Notes: generated from the sequence alone by a model not told the origin. DNA of 63,563 nt, filler included, from Thraustochytrium aureum (GCA_012862495.1; 6 parts of 2 records of this genome joined end to end with filler, not necessarily neighbours in it); one strand, 5' to 3'; counted from the first letter of the whole stretch, positions 46,233-58,633 are shown. A program made the numbers and translations.

Positions 46233-46898
46233 TCAGCCACATGCAATTTCGGCTTGTGATGAAAGCACGGCGTTTCGACTTTCGCCCAAACGGTCCAGTC
46301 TGACTGTCGAGTGCAAGACGAGAAGAGTGTTTGGCGAAGATATCGCGCGAAGCAGGTTCTTGGCAAAGAAGACGCATAGATTGAAGCCGAAGGAGAACAG
46401 CCGGCCCTGCACCGTGAAAGGCGAGCCCTCGACTTGGACGGCTACTTCCGGAACACCTGGCCCTTTGAAAGTAAAATTCAATTGCACGAGGACCAGGATC
46501 AGCGTGATTGGCCACATGGTGAGCAGAACTACCTTTCGGCGGATTCTGTTGTGCAAGGCGTCGAAAAAGAGCCCTTGCATGCTCAATGCGCCGAGCGCGA
46601 CGACCGCAAGGGGAGGAAACCCATCCATGAGACTCTGCAGGGTGTAAACAAACCCAATGATGTTCGCGAAAACGAAGCTCGTCTCAAAGCTTGTCAACAC
46701 CTGATAGGCAAACCGAGCGTTGCAGTTTAGAAGGCTCAAGGCACTCGGCAAGACCCCAAAAACCGTTAGATTGCCCGCGTTTGCCCAGCCAGCGAAGTGC
46801 GCGGGAATCGAGCTCCAAGCCAAAGCGTTGAACAAAACGAGAATGAGCCCCAGAAGCGGCTGCTTGTATAAGGCTCGGGCATATTCAGCAGCCTTGGG
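46233..46898 (-). CDS. Multi-pass membrane protein, 5' partial
   Basis: Open frame after the gap with about 6 hydrophobic segments and VLTSFETSFV, FFDAL and NLCVFFAKNLLRAISSPNTLLVLHS. It resembles, from memory, a repeated stramenopile transmembrane family. Confidence 0.6.
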   Translation of the reverse strand, partial: PKAAEYARALYKQPLLGLILVLFNALAWSSIPAHFAGWANAGNLTVFGVLPSALSLLNCNARFAYQVLTSFETSFVFANIIGFVYTLQSLMDGFPPLAVVALGALSMQGLFFDALHNRIRRKVVLLTMWPITLILVLVQLNFTFKGPGVPEVAVQVEGSPFTVQGRLFSFGFNLCVFFAKNLLRAISSPNTLLVLHSTVRLDRLGESRNAVLSSQAEIACG

Positions 46899-47832
46899 NN
46901 NNNNNNNNNNNNNNNNNNNNNNNNNNNNNNNNNNNNNNNNNNNNNNNNNNNNNNNNNNNNNNNNNNNNNNNNNNNNNNNNNNNNNNNNNNNNNNNNNNNN
47001 NNNNNNNNNNNNNNNNNNNNNNNNNNNNNNNNNNNNNNNNNNNNNNNNNNNNNNNNNNNNNNNNNNNNNNNNNNNNNNNNNNNNNNNNNNNNNNNNNNNN
47101 NNNNNNNNNNNNNNNNNNNNNNNNNNNNNNNNNNNNNNNNNNNNNNNNNNNNNNNNNNNNNNNNNNNNNNNNNNNNNNNNNNNNNNNNNNNNNNNNNNNN
47201 NNNNNNNNNNNNNNNNNNNNNNNNNNNNNNNNNNNNNNNNNNNNNNNNNNNNNNNNNNNNNNNNNNNNNNNNNNNNNNNNNNNNNNNNNNNNNNNNNNNN
47301 NNNNNNNNNNNNNNNNNNNNNNNNNNNNNNNNNNNNNNNNNNNNNNNNNNNNNNNNNNNNNNNNNNNNNNNNNNNNNNNNNNNNNNNNNNNNNNNNNNNN
47401 NNNNNNNNNNNNNNNNNNNNNNNNNNNNNNNNNNNNNNNNNNNNNNNNNNNNNNNNNNNNNNNNNNNNNNNNNNNNNNNNNNNNNNNNNNNNNNNNNNNN
47501 NNNNNNNNNNNNNNNNNNNNNNNNNNNNNNNNNNNNNNNNNNNNNNNNNNNNNNNNNNNNNNNNNNNNNNNNNNNNNNNNNNNNNNNNNNNNNNNNNNNN
47601 NNNNNNNNNNNNNNNNNNNNNNNNNNNNNNNNNNNNNNNNNNNNNNNNNNNNNNNNNNNNNNNNNNNNNNNNNNNNNNNNNNNNNNNNNNNNNNNNNNNN
47701 NNNNNNNNNNNNNNNNNNNNNNNNNNNNNNNNNNNNNNNNNNNNNNNNNNNNNNNNNNNNNNNNNNNNNNNNNNNNNNNNNNNNNNNNNNNNNNNNNNNN
47801 NNNNNNNNNNNNNNNNNNNNNNNNNNNNNNNN

Positions 47833-49928
47833 CCTCCGCCTCCTGCTGCCCCTCGAGAACTCGGATCTGCCGAAACGTGTCGGCGAGCTCGGCCACGTTT
47901 TGTTGGATGCTCTTTCCCCACATGGTCGTGAGGCGCACGCCTAGCAAAAAGTCGCCACAGTGCTTGCGCACCCTGCAGAGCCCGTTGTTGTGTGCCCGGT
48001 ACGCGACCTGCATTTCCGCTTCGGCCTCCTCCGCAGCCTCGACGCTGCAGGCCATCTCCTCCTTTAGCGCACTCTTCCTCCTAAGGGAGATGCTGAGTGC
48101 GTCGTCCAAGCCGTCTGGCTTGCCCTGCAGAGAGCGCCGCTCGCGCAGCCGGCGCCTGACGCCGTCCTTGTCGCTTTCACACTTGGAAGGTTCGGCGGGT
48201 GCCGGAATCGGCTCGTCATCGCCGAGAGGACTGCAGTCCACGCGCTCCCGCGGGCAGAGCTCAAAGTCGTACTCGAGCACGTGCACAACCTCCTCGTACA
48301 TCTTGTCCCACACCTCTGGGAGCTGCGCTGCCGCAAGCTCTGGAGCGTTGTTGCCAGCGGCGTCGTCGTCTTCCGCGTCCATGATGAGCAGCATCAGCCG
48401 GCGCAAAACACTCAGCAAGCCCAGTCCGACATCGTTTACCGCTCCGCCAAGACGTCCGAGCGCGCTCATGACCTTGTCGTGGTCTAGGTTGCGCATGATG
48501 TCGTACTCTGAGGGGCGTGGGAACTCTGGCGGGGCTGTCTGGAACAGAAACAACCCCATGATGGCGGCGGCGCCACCGGCGACCCCAACAGTGCGCGCCG
48601 CTTTCCACGCGGATGCTGGCTTTACTCCTTGGGCAGCTTGCCTGCTGCAGGGCGAGGAGGTCGACAAGGTCCGCGGGCCGTCGGGTTTCGAGAAGCGGGC
48701 CTCGAGCGTCACGTTCCCGGCCTGCCCTCCATCGCGCCTAGCCGCACTAAACTCGGCCTCCCAAGTCGAGAACTGGCACGTCGAGTACTGGTCCGCGAGG
48801 TTGAGGTCCTTGCTGACACAGCAGGACAAAACCATTGAAGCCACACCAGCGCGCTCTCCCCGGGCTGCTGGCAGCGAGCCGCGGCGTGCGCTCCCAGGCC
48901 GGCGTCGAAGGCCTCCATCTCGTCCGTGTCGTCCGGCAGCCTCGTGCATGCCAAAGTGGTGTTTGCCAGGGTGGCATTTGCCAGAGTAACGGGCTCCAAG
49001 CCGCAGATTGTGGTCACGTTGCCCGCAGCCTCTTCCAGCAGCAGGCAGCAGCTCACGAGGAGGGGCGAGGGCGGCCCGGCGCACGTCATGCGTGCAGCCA
49101 TGCCGGTCGCGCAAAACTGCTCGAACGTCGTTGCGTTACGGCCCGGCCGTCAGCGCATCGATCGACTTGCTGATGAGGTCGGCCAAAGCCGCGAACTGCG
49201 CGCGGCCCTGATCCGCAGACTGCCGCGCACGATAGAGCTCCAGCTCGTCCATGTAGGCGTCCACGACGTCGCTCGCTGAAGCGGGCGAGCTAGAAGCGTC
49301 CAGCCGCCGTCTCGCACTATTAATTTGGCACACCTGAATGCTTCCACCAGTTGCCCCCCCAGCTCGTCTGTCCATCTCTTCCATGGTGCGCTGAACAGCC
49401 CGAGCACTGATCTGGTCCCGCAGAAATTAGCGACCGCGCCTCGACCAAATGACGCCGATACGTCTTGTCGAAGCCGTCCAAGAGCGACTGGATAAACCCA
49501 CCACTAACCGGACCTCCGATTTTATAACTTTCGTAGTTGCGAGTCACCACGTCCATCCATGTGGCTTGAAGCATGTATTTCGTCCATTCGCAGATGAAGA
49601 TTCAACGATGTTGTAGGATACCTCGAAGCGCTTTGAGCCATGATGGCCAATCGATGCACCAGGAACCAAACGCTCGGGTTGGAAATGCCCAGATTGTGGC
49701 CCGCCTGGCGGAAAACCCTTGGCGGACACTGTGAATTGGAAGTCCTTGAGGTAAGCCCTGCTCTGCTCTAGCCAGCGCGTCAACCACGGGCAACCTGTTC
49801 AAGTCTGGTACCTTCTTTGGCCACATGTTCCACGAGTGTCCTTTCGAGAAAGGTGCGTCCAACCGGGCTCCGACTTGGAGTGACGCGCGAGAGTTGAAAT
49901 TTGATTCGTCGTGACGATTTTGTGTCAC
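47833..49928 (-). pseudogene. Fragmented hypothetical protein (pseudogene or error-rich gene) with Cys-rich segments and a hydrophobic segment
   Basis: Successive short, protein-like ORFs in different frames (49602..49928, 49544..49783, 49320..49574, 49136..49384, 48709..49101) lead into a long acidic frame with VGVAGGAAAIMGLFLF. Confidence 0.4.
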
Positions 49929-49953
49929 TCAATACCCCACTCTCATTCTGCAG

Positions 49954-50053
49954 NNNNNNNNNNNNNNNNNNNNNNNNNNNNNNNNNNNNNNNNNNNNTTA
50001 ATTAATTAANNNNNNNNNNNNNNNNNNNNNNNNNNNNNNNNNNNNNNNNNNNN
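49954..50053. other. Artificial scaffold spacer
   Basis: TTAATTAATTAA at 49998-50009 flanked by 44 N on each side. Confidence 0.97.
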
Positions 50054-51059
50054 GCTCGCACTGGCGCCCACGCGACTCACCTGGCCCACGGCCCTGCCTC
50101 GTCTACCTGCATGGCAACGCCTCTTGCCGCGCCGAAGCATTAGAGTGCTTGCCGCTCGTGCTTGGGTCTGGGCTCAACCTCTTTGCTCTCGACTTTTCGG
50201 GGTCTGGAAAATCAGAGGGCGAGTACATCTCGCTCGGTTGGTACGAGAGGGACGACGTCGAGGTCGTAGTGGACCATCTCCGCGCCAGCGGCCTCGTCAG
50301 CACCATTGGGCTCTGGGGACGCTCGATGGGCGCAGTTACGGCGCTCATGTTTGGCGACCGCGACCCGACCATCGCTTGCATGATCCTCGACTCGCCGTTC
50401 GCCTCGCTCAAGCAGCTGGCCAAGGAGCTCGTCGACAACGCGCAGCTTTCCGTACCGCGGTTCGCGGTCGGCGTTGCGCTCAAGATGGTGCGCTCCTCTG
50501 TCAAGTCCCGTGCCGGGTTTGACATCAACAAGCTGGACCCCATTAAAAACGCGGACAAGTGCTTCATCCCGGCCCTTTTCGGCGCAGCCGAGAACGACGA
50601 CTTTATCCGGCCGCACCACTCGCGCCAAATCCACGATGCTTACGCCGGGGACAAGAACATAGTCATTTTCGACGGGGACCACAGCACACCCCGGCCCCAG
50701 TTCTTCAACGCGTCAGTGGGAATATGGCTTCACAACACGATGATCGCACCGTGCCATGGCCAAGGTGGGGAGGAGGGCGAGGGGGGCGGCGACTCTGGCA
50801 GGGCGGGCGGGGCGCTCGCGAGGCCCGGGGCGATCTCTGCTTTCGACGCAGACCGGTCCGAGTCTGACCTTTTCGCAAGCTTTCACGGCGCTTACAACAT
50901 CCCCGCGCCGATGGCCCGCCCCGGGTCGGGCAGCGGGCAGTCCGCTTCAGGGCTTGCTGGCCGCAAGCTTTCGGGGCGCAAGAGGGTTGGGGACCGCGCC
51001 CAGGGCTGGACTCGTGGCAGAGCCTCGGCAGTTCTGACGGCGCAGAGGGCGGCGATCTC
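50054..51059 (+). CDS. Alpha/beta hydrolase, YqkD-like; partial at both ends
   Basis: PCLVYLHGNASCRAEA, DFSGSGKSEGEYISLGWYE, nucleophile GLWGRSMGA, ILDSPF, DDFIRPHHS and FDGDH. Confidence 0.9.
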
Positions 51060-52037
51060 NNNNNNNNNNNNNNNNNNNNNNNNNNNNNNNNNNNNNNNNN
51101 NNNNNNNNNNNNNNNNNNNNNNNNNNNNNNNNNNNNNNNNNNNNNNNNNNNNNNNNNNNNNNNNNNNNNNNNNNNNNNNNNNNNNNNNNNNNNNNNNNNN
51201 NNNNNNNNNNNNNNNNNNNNNNNNNNNNNNNNNNNNNNNNNNNNNNNNNNNNNNNNNNNNNNNNNNNNNNNNNNNNNNNNNNNNNNNNNNNNNNNNNNNN
51301 NNNNNNNNNNNNNNNNNNNNNNNNNNNNNNNNNNNNNNNNNNNNNNNNNNNNNNNNNNNNNNNNNNNNNNNNNNNNNNNNNNNNNNNNNNNNNNNNNNNN
51401 NNNNNNNNNNNNNNNNNNNNNNNNNNNNNNNNNNNNNNNNNNNNNNNNNNNNNNNNNNNNNNNNNNNNNNNNNNNNNNNNNNNNNNNNNNNNNNNNGGGT
51501 GCTAGTGGGCAGGAGATGAACGGCTGGTCGCGCGATGGTGTCCCAGGAATGCCGTCAGGAGGGCTACCTACCCCAGCCCCTAGCGGCAGTAGGCCAGCGG
51601 GGCTGGAGAGCGCTGCAGGGGCAGCCGATCACCGCCGCTGCAAGTGCCCCAAATCAGTACACTATCGGGTTCGTCGCTAAACGAAGGGCCGAAACTTGGA
51701 GAGGTGGAAGGGACGCCTGCCCCCTGTCGGCCCAAGGCGCCCGAGCGGCCAAGGGCGCCTGGCACTGCAGCGCCGCTGACGTCGGCCGCTCATCCACCCG
51801 CGCCGCATTGACCCTGACGACGCAGTTTATGCTGGCCAGTGAGGGGAATTTGGGCGGCGCGCTACCTGCCACGGCGAAAAAGACGCCTTCCGCCGCGGAA
51901 TCGCCCTCGCCGCGAAACATTACGCAAGAAGACTGGGTCACGGCGCCGCCAATACAGAACCAGTAAAGCATCCGTCCTCAGGGCACGGCGATCCAGGCAT
52001 TTCACATGGCGCACTTTGCACAAAGGATAGATAATTT

Positions 52038-53213
52038 TCAATACGGCGAGCCGAGCTGCACGTCAAACATGCCGTTCGAGATCTGCTCAAACGAGGTGAC
52101 GAGGCCAGATCCGGACTGCGAGGCGCGCGTCAGGTACTGGCGCACCTGCGGCAAGATGCGAGCGCGCTGACCTGGGGAGTTGTTCCCAGCGCCAGTAATG
52201 ACCCGGAGGCTTGCGATTCCAGACCGACCTGCCACTTGAAGAACCAGGCGGAGCCAATCAAGCGCCTCGTCCACAAGCTGGTAGTGCAAGTCGACGTCGA
52301 GCCGCGCGCGAACGCCTGGGGGCGCGCCCCGCCACGAACGGCCTCCGCGCCGCTCCAAAAGAGCAACCGCCGCGGGATTCTTGCTAGCAAATATAATGGC
52401 AGAAGCCCTTCGGTTGGCACGGCGGATCTCCTGTTGCCTAGTCGGCACCATTGAGCGGTCCACACTTGCCAAGCTGGCAGCCTTGCTCCTTGCTTCCTGT
52501 CGCAATCGCGCCGCTGCCGAGAGGGGCTCGCCCCGGGCCGCCGCAAGGTCTGCAGTAAGATTGCGCGGTGAATTCGGAATCGGCGGAGGAACGCCATCAG
52601 CGCTGTAATCCGTGGCCACGCCAGCTGCGCCGCTCACCAAAACGCTACCAGAGTTGTCCATTCTGCTACCCCGCCAGCCTAGCTTTGGCGCCGGTCGGGA
52701 CTCTAGAGCGCGCTTGTATGCCATCTCCGAGTACGCGGGCCGGGACACGGTGCGCGAGTACGAGTCAAGCTGGTCTTGGACCAACTGAGCGATCGCGCGG
52801 TCCGTGACCTCTTGGTCGCTGAGCGAACCGTTCAGCTCGCGGTCCATGTTCTTGGCAATCGTGTAGTCGACCAACTCCCTCTCCATGCGCTCCATCACGT
52901 CTTCGAGCTCCAGCTCAATCAAGGCGAGTTCGTCCACCTCCTGGTCGCTGACTCCACCCGAGGGTGGGCCGTTCAGCTCAAAACTGAGCTCTTGCGCGAG
53001 TTTGGCGTCCTCGTCGAGGGCTTGCCCGCTGCTTTCGAGCCTGTGCAGTTCCTCTTGCAGCCGCTCGGCGATCATCTTGTCCTCAACAGCGCGCCGCTCT
53101 CTTTCGCCCGCATCGTTGGCCTCCATATCAAGCGCCCTCTGGAGCGCGCGAGCGAGTTGCTCGTCGGACTGCAGGTCTGCGTCCTGCCCAAGTCCGGCAG
53201 CCTTGTCCCACAT
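52038..53213 (-). CDS. Smr/MutS2-domain protein with N-terminal MIU-like repeats (may extend further 5')
   Basis: C-terminal LDVDLHYQLVDEAL..LRVITGAGNNS..RILPQVRQYL..NGMFDV, preceded by NRRASAIIFASKN. N-terminal repeats DEQLARALQ, DKMIAERLQ, DAKLAQELS and DRAIAQLVQ. Confidence 0.8.
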   Translation of the reverse strand: MWDKAAGLGQDADLQSDEQLARALQRALDMEANDAGERERRAVEDKMIAERLQEELHRLESSGQALDEDAKLAQELSFELNGPPSGGVSDQEVDELALIELELEDVMERMERELVDYTIAKNMDRELNGSLSDQEVTDRAIAQLVQDQLDSYSRTVSRPAYSEMAYKRALESRPAPKLGWRGSRMDNSGSVLVSGAAGVATDYSADGVPPPIPNSPRNLTADLAAARGEPLSAAARLRQEARSKAASLASVDRSMVPTRQQEIRRANRRASAIIFASKNPAAVALLERRGGRSWRGAPPGVRARLDVDLHYQLVDEALDWLRLVLQVAGRSGIASLRVITGAGNNSPGQRARILPQVRQYLTRASQSGSGLVTSFEQISNGMFDVQLGSPY

Positions 53214-53914
53214 CTCTTGGATGCGCCATGCCGGCCCTCGTCGCCGTCAATCGCGGAGCCTTCCCCCTCCTGCCCGCTCGCTCCCTTGGCCGGCTCGAGC
53301 GCCGCGTGCGTGTCGCAGTCTAGGCGTGCACGTTCGAGGGCAGCCCCGGCGTCCGTCTCGCGAGCCACGCCCCGTCCCTCGCAGCCATCCGCAGGACGCG
53401 CGGCGGCGATGGGCCGGGTTTCGGGTTCGATCTGCGTGCCGCCAGCGCTGGCGCCGCGGCCGTGCGGGCGGCGCGAGCCGTCGCCGTCGGGNNNNNNNNN
53501 NNNNNNNNNNNNNNNNNNNNNNNNNNNNNNNNNNNNNNNNNNNNNNNNNNNNNNNNNNNNNNNNNNNNNNNNNNNNNNNNNNNNNNNNNNNNNNNNNNNN
53601 NNNNNNNNNNNNNNNNNNNNNNNNNNNNNNNNNNNNNNNNNNNNNNNNNNNNNNNNNNNNNNNNNNNNNNNNNNNNNNNNNNNNNNNNNNNNNNNNNNNN
53701 NNNNNNNNNNNNNNNNNGATCAGGGAAAACGCAGCGTGATGGCGCCCATCCAGATCCCCATCGCGGCGCTGCAGGGGGCACAGGCGCGGGCAGGCGAGCG
53801 GGCGAGCGGGCGGGCGGGAGCTGTGCTGGGCTTGCTGCTTCGCGAGCGCCGCTGACTCCGTTGCCGTGCGCTGATGGCACCGAATGGGCGGTGGGGCTGC
53901 TGACGACGACGACG

Positions 53915-55752
53915 ATGAGGAGGTTTGGGGCTGGCCAAGACATGCGGCGCGAAGCTGAGGCACTCGCCCCCCCGAGCGCCGCAGCTGGCAGCACGGGCTT
54001 CGGTGCGAGGGCTCGCCACGCGAGATGGGCCAGGCGGCGGCAGCGGTAGCGGCGTTGGTGGTGGCGGCGGCGGCGCGAAAGGCCGCGATGAGGCCAACAA
54101 CGCGGAGGTTGAGGATGATATGGGGGACACGTGGGTCAAGGACCTCCAAGAGCCCGGCGGGCCCCGCGGACGCGTGTTCAGGACGAAGAATAACGTACTG
54201 ATGCGCGCCGTGCCGTCCAAGAACGCGGGCGATGCGATGGGCGGCTGATGGAGATCCGGTGGACCGGTCCGGGCTGGTGAATTTGCCCGTGTTGGAAACG
54301 GAGCCTGTTCCCGGCGACGATGTCGATCCCACCGCTCCTGTGATCAAATCAGCGTGGACGCCTTTGTTGGACGAGCTGACGCTGCGGATCTCAGCTCGAG
54401 GCCCGATCACGATGGCAGAGTTTATGAGCGTGGCTCTCAGCCACCCGATCCACGGGTACTACATGCGCCAGGACGTGTTCGGCGAGCACGGCGACTTCAC
54501 CACGTCGCCAGAGATCAGCCAGGTGTTCGGCGAGCTCATCGGAGTTTGGTGCGTTGCCAACTGGATGACGCTGGGGAAGCCGAAGAAGATTGGCATTCTG
54601 GAGCTTGGCCCCGGGCGCGGCACTCTGATGCTCGACCTTCTGCGCGCAGTATCGTCGTTCCCAGCCTTTTGCGAAGCGGTGCATGCCGGCGGCGGCGTGC
54701 GCATGGTGGAGACCAGCCCTGCTCTACGCGCCATACAGCAGACGACCTTGGGACGCACCCCGGCCGCTGGCCCCGCGAGGAGCCTCAGCGGCGAGCCGGT
54801 GCACCGGGACGACGAGTGGGCGGAAGCCGAAAGCCAAGGCAAGTTGCGCATTGTGAGCATGCTCCAAACGGTGGCTGGTGACCGCTACGAAATCCCTATC
54901 GAGTGGGTGCGCGATTTCCGCGATGCCTGCGATCCTTACAAGGATGAGTTTCAGGATCCTGTACAGGAGGCGCTCGACGCTGCGGCCTCCTCCAAACTGT
55001 CGAGCTCGGGAGGTGGCCAAACAACGGCGTTTGACCCGGACACGCCGGTGCTCGTCCTGGCCCAAGAACTCCTGGACGCGCTGCCGATCCATCAATTTGA
55101 GGTCGGCCCCGCGGGCAACTGGGTTGAGCGCCTGGTCGACATTGACCCCGTGCCAGAAACGGAAGGCATCGATAAGGACAACCTACCGGAAACGGTGGAC
55201 AAAAGGCACCACCTCAGGTTCGTACTGTCCACGTCGCAGACGCCCGCGTGCCGCATCCTGCTTGGCGCGGAGACACGAAAGGACCCGCAGCGGGCGCCAG
55301 GGGATAGCGTGGAGGTGAGCCCAGCTGGCGCTGCCTTGGTTCAAGACATCACCAAACAGCTCGCGCTCCGCGGCGGTGCCGCCCTGCTGATTGATTACGG
55401 GGAGAACGAGCCCGGCTCCAATAGCTTGCGCGGCATCAAAAAGCACAAGTTCGTGCACCCGCTCTTAGAGCCAGGCAACGTTGACCTCTCTGCCGATGTA
55501 GACTTTGGATTTCTCAAGCACATCGCGGAGGGCGCGAGCCAGAGCCTCGCGGCGCGCGACAAAATGTCTGTCGTCAGAGTGTCCGGGCCAATCACGCAAG
55601 GTGAGTTTCTGCGCAACATGGGCATTGAGACGCGTGTGGCAGCCTTGATGCAGGCGTCGCAGAACAACGAGGAGGAGCAGCTCAAGTTGTTTGCTTCGTT
55701 CAAGCGCCTTGTTGATCACGAGACGCTCGATGTTGACGGCAACCCTGTCCCC
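53915..55752 (+). CDS. NDUFAF7: NDUFAF7/MidA mitochondrial protein arginine methyltransferase; 5' frameshifts, 3' end in gap
   Basis: GPITMAEFM..HPIHGYYM..FGEHGDFTTSPEISQVFGELIGVW, ELGPGRGTLMLD, VETSPALR, AQELLDALPIHQF, ALLIDYG, PGNVDLSADVDF and GPITQGEFL. Mitochondrial-like leader ..AARASVRGLATR. Confidence 0.93.
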
Positions 55753-57409
55753 NNNNNNNNNNNNNNNNNNNNNNNNNNNNNNNNNNNNNNNNNNNNNNNN
55801 NNNNNNNNNNNNNNNNNNNNNNNNNNNNNNNNNNNNNNNNNNNNNNNNNNNNNNNNNNNNNNNNNNNNNNNNNNNNNNNNNNNNNNNNNNNNNNNNNNNN
55901 NNNNNNNNNNNNNNNNNNNNNNNNNNNNNNNNNNNNNNNNNNNNNNNNNNNNNNNNNNNNNNNNNNNNNNNNNNNNNNNNNNNNNNNNNNNNNNNNNNNN
56001 NNNNNNNNNNNNNNNNNNNNNNNNNNNNNNNNNNNNNNNNNNNNNNNNNNNNNNNNNNNNNNNNNNNNNNNNNNNNNNNNNNNNNNNNNNNNNNNNNNNN
56101 NNNNNNNNNNNNNNNNNNNNNNNNNNNNNNNNNNNNNNNNNNNNNNNNNNNNNNNNNNNNNNNNNNNNNNNNNNNNNNNNNNNNNNNNNNNNNNNNNNNN
56201 NNNNNNNNNNNNNNNNNNNNNNNNNNNNNNNNNNNNNNNNNNNNNNNNNNNNNNNNNNNNNNNNNNNNNNNNNNNNNNNNNNNNNNNNNNNNNNNNNNNN
56301 NNNNNNNNNNNNNNNNNNNNNNNNNNNNNNNNNNNNNNNNNNNNNNNNNNNNNNNNNNNNNNNNNNNNNNNNNNNNNNNNNNNNNNNNNNNNNNNNNNNN
56401 NNNNNNNNNNNNNNNNNNNNNNNNNNNNNNNNNNNNNNNNNNNNNNNNNNNNNNNNNNNNNNNNNNNNNNNNNNNNNNNNNNNNNNNNNNNNNNNNNNNN
56501 NNATCGTGCCGGCCATCCTCAGAGCGACGGTATCGCAAATTCGAACGACGCGCCTAGCGGCCTGAGCGACGCCGCCCGACTCTGCAGGACCATCGGCAGG
56601 CGAAGGCCGAAGCGGCCGATAAAGCCAGTCCTGCTGCAGGCGTGCCTGGCACGAACTCAACGCCATTCAACGACGAAACCGTGCGCCAACTTTTCGTAAG
56701 CCACATGCACGAGACTGACTGATAAAATGCACGCCTGCCAAGCAAGAGCAGAGGAGCCATGTTGCGCCAGCCGCGCTCATTCATTCACTGCTGGGTGAAC
56801 GAACGGACGAGGCCGGCCGCTTGCGGAGAAGTGCGGACGAACGGCCCAAAGGCCCAAAGGCTCCATCAGAAGTTGCGCAGAAAACCGAACCCCAAAACTT
56901 GCAAGGCCCTCGACCCCTCCACCGTGAGGTCTGCTGATCCTAACTGTGATGCAGGGCCTGCCGTGCTCCTGCGCAGAATAGTGCGAGAAACACACCCCTC
57001 TCTGGCAGGCTGGCTTGCGCTCAGGCAGGAAAGAGTCGTTACGAATCGGCCAACCTTGTGAAGGTCAACTCGATGAAGCTTGCAAGGTTGTCGCCTCATC
57101 ACTGTCAAGCACGGTTGCGAATGGGACATCTTCGACCCTTCCTTCGTCCAACCGCCTGCCTGCCACTGCAGAGCAAGCTTGCGCGAAGGACCGGCGAGCC
57201 AGCCCAACAGACCTTTAACGCAAACAAACCGTAACATCAGGCAAACGAGAACCAAAGGGCCGAAAACAAGACTGGCCAAAGCAAGTGAACGAGGCCGAGT
57301 ACCGGCCGCTGGCTGAAGGCTGTACCTTGCACAGCGCACACGAGTGAAGATGTCAAAGACGTTGCGGAACGTCGCGTGGCTCGCACTCGCCACAGCGTGC
57401 CAGACCTCT

Positions 57410-57509
57410 NNNNNNNNNNNNNNNNNNNNNNNNNNNNNNNNNNNNNNNNNNNNTTAATTAATTAANNNNNNNNNNNNNNNNNNNNNNNNNNNNNNNNNNN
57501 NNNNNNNNN
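57410..57509. other. Artificial scaffold spacer
   Basis: TTAATTAATTAA at 57454-57465 flanked by 44 N on each side. Confidence 0.97.
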
Positions 57510-57860
57510 TGGAGGAATGCGGGCGCAGGCGGCGTCCTCCGTCCAGCACGCGGTGCGGACGGCCTGCCGCCTCGTTTTGCGGACGGTGAACAAAGCGAGC
57601 TTCGTTGGAACCGCCGACGACTCGTTCATTATTCCCTCCCACAGTACCCACCGAACAAAGCGAGCTTCTTGTCCCAGAACCCGAAGACCACACTGTGCCC
57701 ACTGCGTCCCACTCTGCCCCCCACTGAGGGGCAAAACGCCCCCCTCACAACCAAACAACCTCCTCTGCTTGATCGGAGTGAGACTGCAGGCTGCTCTCCC
57801 TACCGCCCACTGGCACCTCACAACCCCCCCTCCCCTGCGGTACGCACCCTGCCAGAAACG

Positions 57861-57906
57861 ATCGAGTTAAATCGGGTTAAATCGGGTTAAATCGAGTTAA
57901 ATTGAG
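57861..57906. repeat. 10-bp tandem repeat ATCG(A/G)GTTAA, about 4.5 copies
   Basis: atcgagttaa atcgggttaa atcgggttaa atcgagttaa attgag. Confidence 0.9.
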
Positions 57907-58633
57907 AAGCCGACAGAGGAAGGAACGAAGAAACGACAAAGAAAGAAACGAAAAAAAGAAGAAAAGCGGACGGGGGCCGGTAGGGGTCGGCTAGGGTAAA
58001 TGGTAGGAGCGGGATGCATGTGTGCGTGGCTCGGCGCTCGCAGCTTTGCACAGCAATCGACCAGTGCGCTCGCGGCTGAGGACACGGACGCGAGGCAGGC
58101 ACGAGCAGGCAGGCAGGCAGCAGGCCAGGAAGGCCAGGCAGGCTTGCAAGAGGGCCGGCTCGCGGCGCGTTGGCGGCGGCCCACGGCGAGGGACGCGAGC
58201 GCTGCGCTGGACAGGTCTGGTCGCGTGGAGCCCAGCTCTTTTGCCATTCCTCCCCCCCCCTCTTTCCCTCCTCCCCCCGCCTCTCCCGCCGCCTTCACCT
58301 CCGTCACGCACCGTCTCCCGTCCGCGGCTGGCTGGCTGGCTGGCTGGCTGGCTGCGAAACGCCGGCGAACGCGCGTGCTTGCGGCAGAGCGCGAGCAGGG
58401 GCTGGAAGACGTGCTCAAGCCGCTCGACGGGCGAGGACCGTCAAGAAGCGTGCGTGGAGGTGACACGGTCTCCGCCGGACCTGCGAGCCCGGACCGCGAA
58501 AACAGCACCGCGCGGCCGCCGCGGCCGCCGCCGCCCCAGCGGCTCTAGCCGCGAAACGTCAAGCCAAGGAGCCCCCTTGACCATGCGGCAAGGCTGACCG
58601 CGGCCAAAACACGACGTCAACACTTGCTGGGCG

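Noticed and set aside
11091..53213. An RNA-surveillance cluster (dsRBD, SMG1, HBD-Pif1, Smr)
   Set aside because: The four genes lie on four different scaffolds separated by artificial spacers.
20050..57465. Repeated TTAATTAATTAA palindrome as a biological element (piggyBac TTAA site, CRISPR-like repeat)
   Set aside because: It is always centred in an exact 100-nt N block, so it is an assembly linker.
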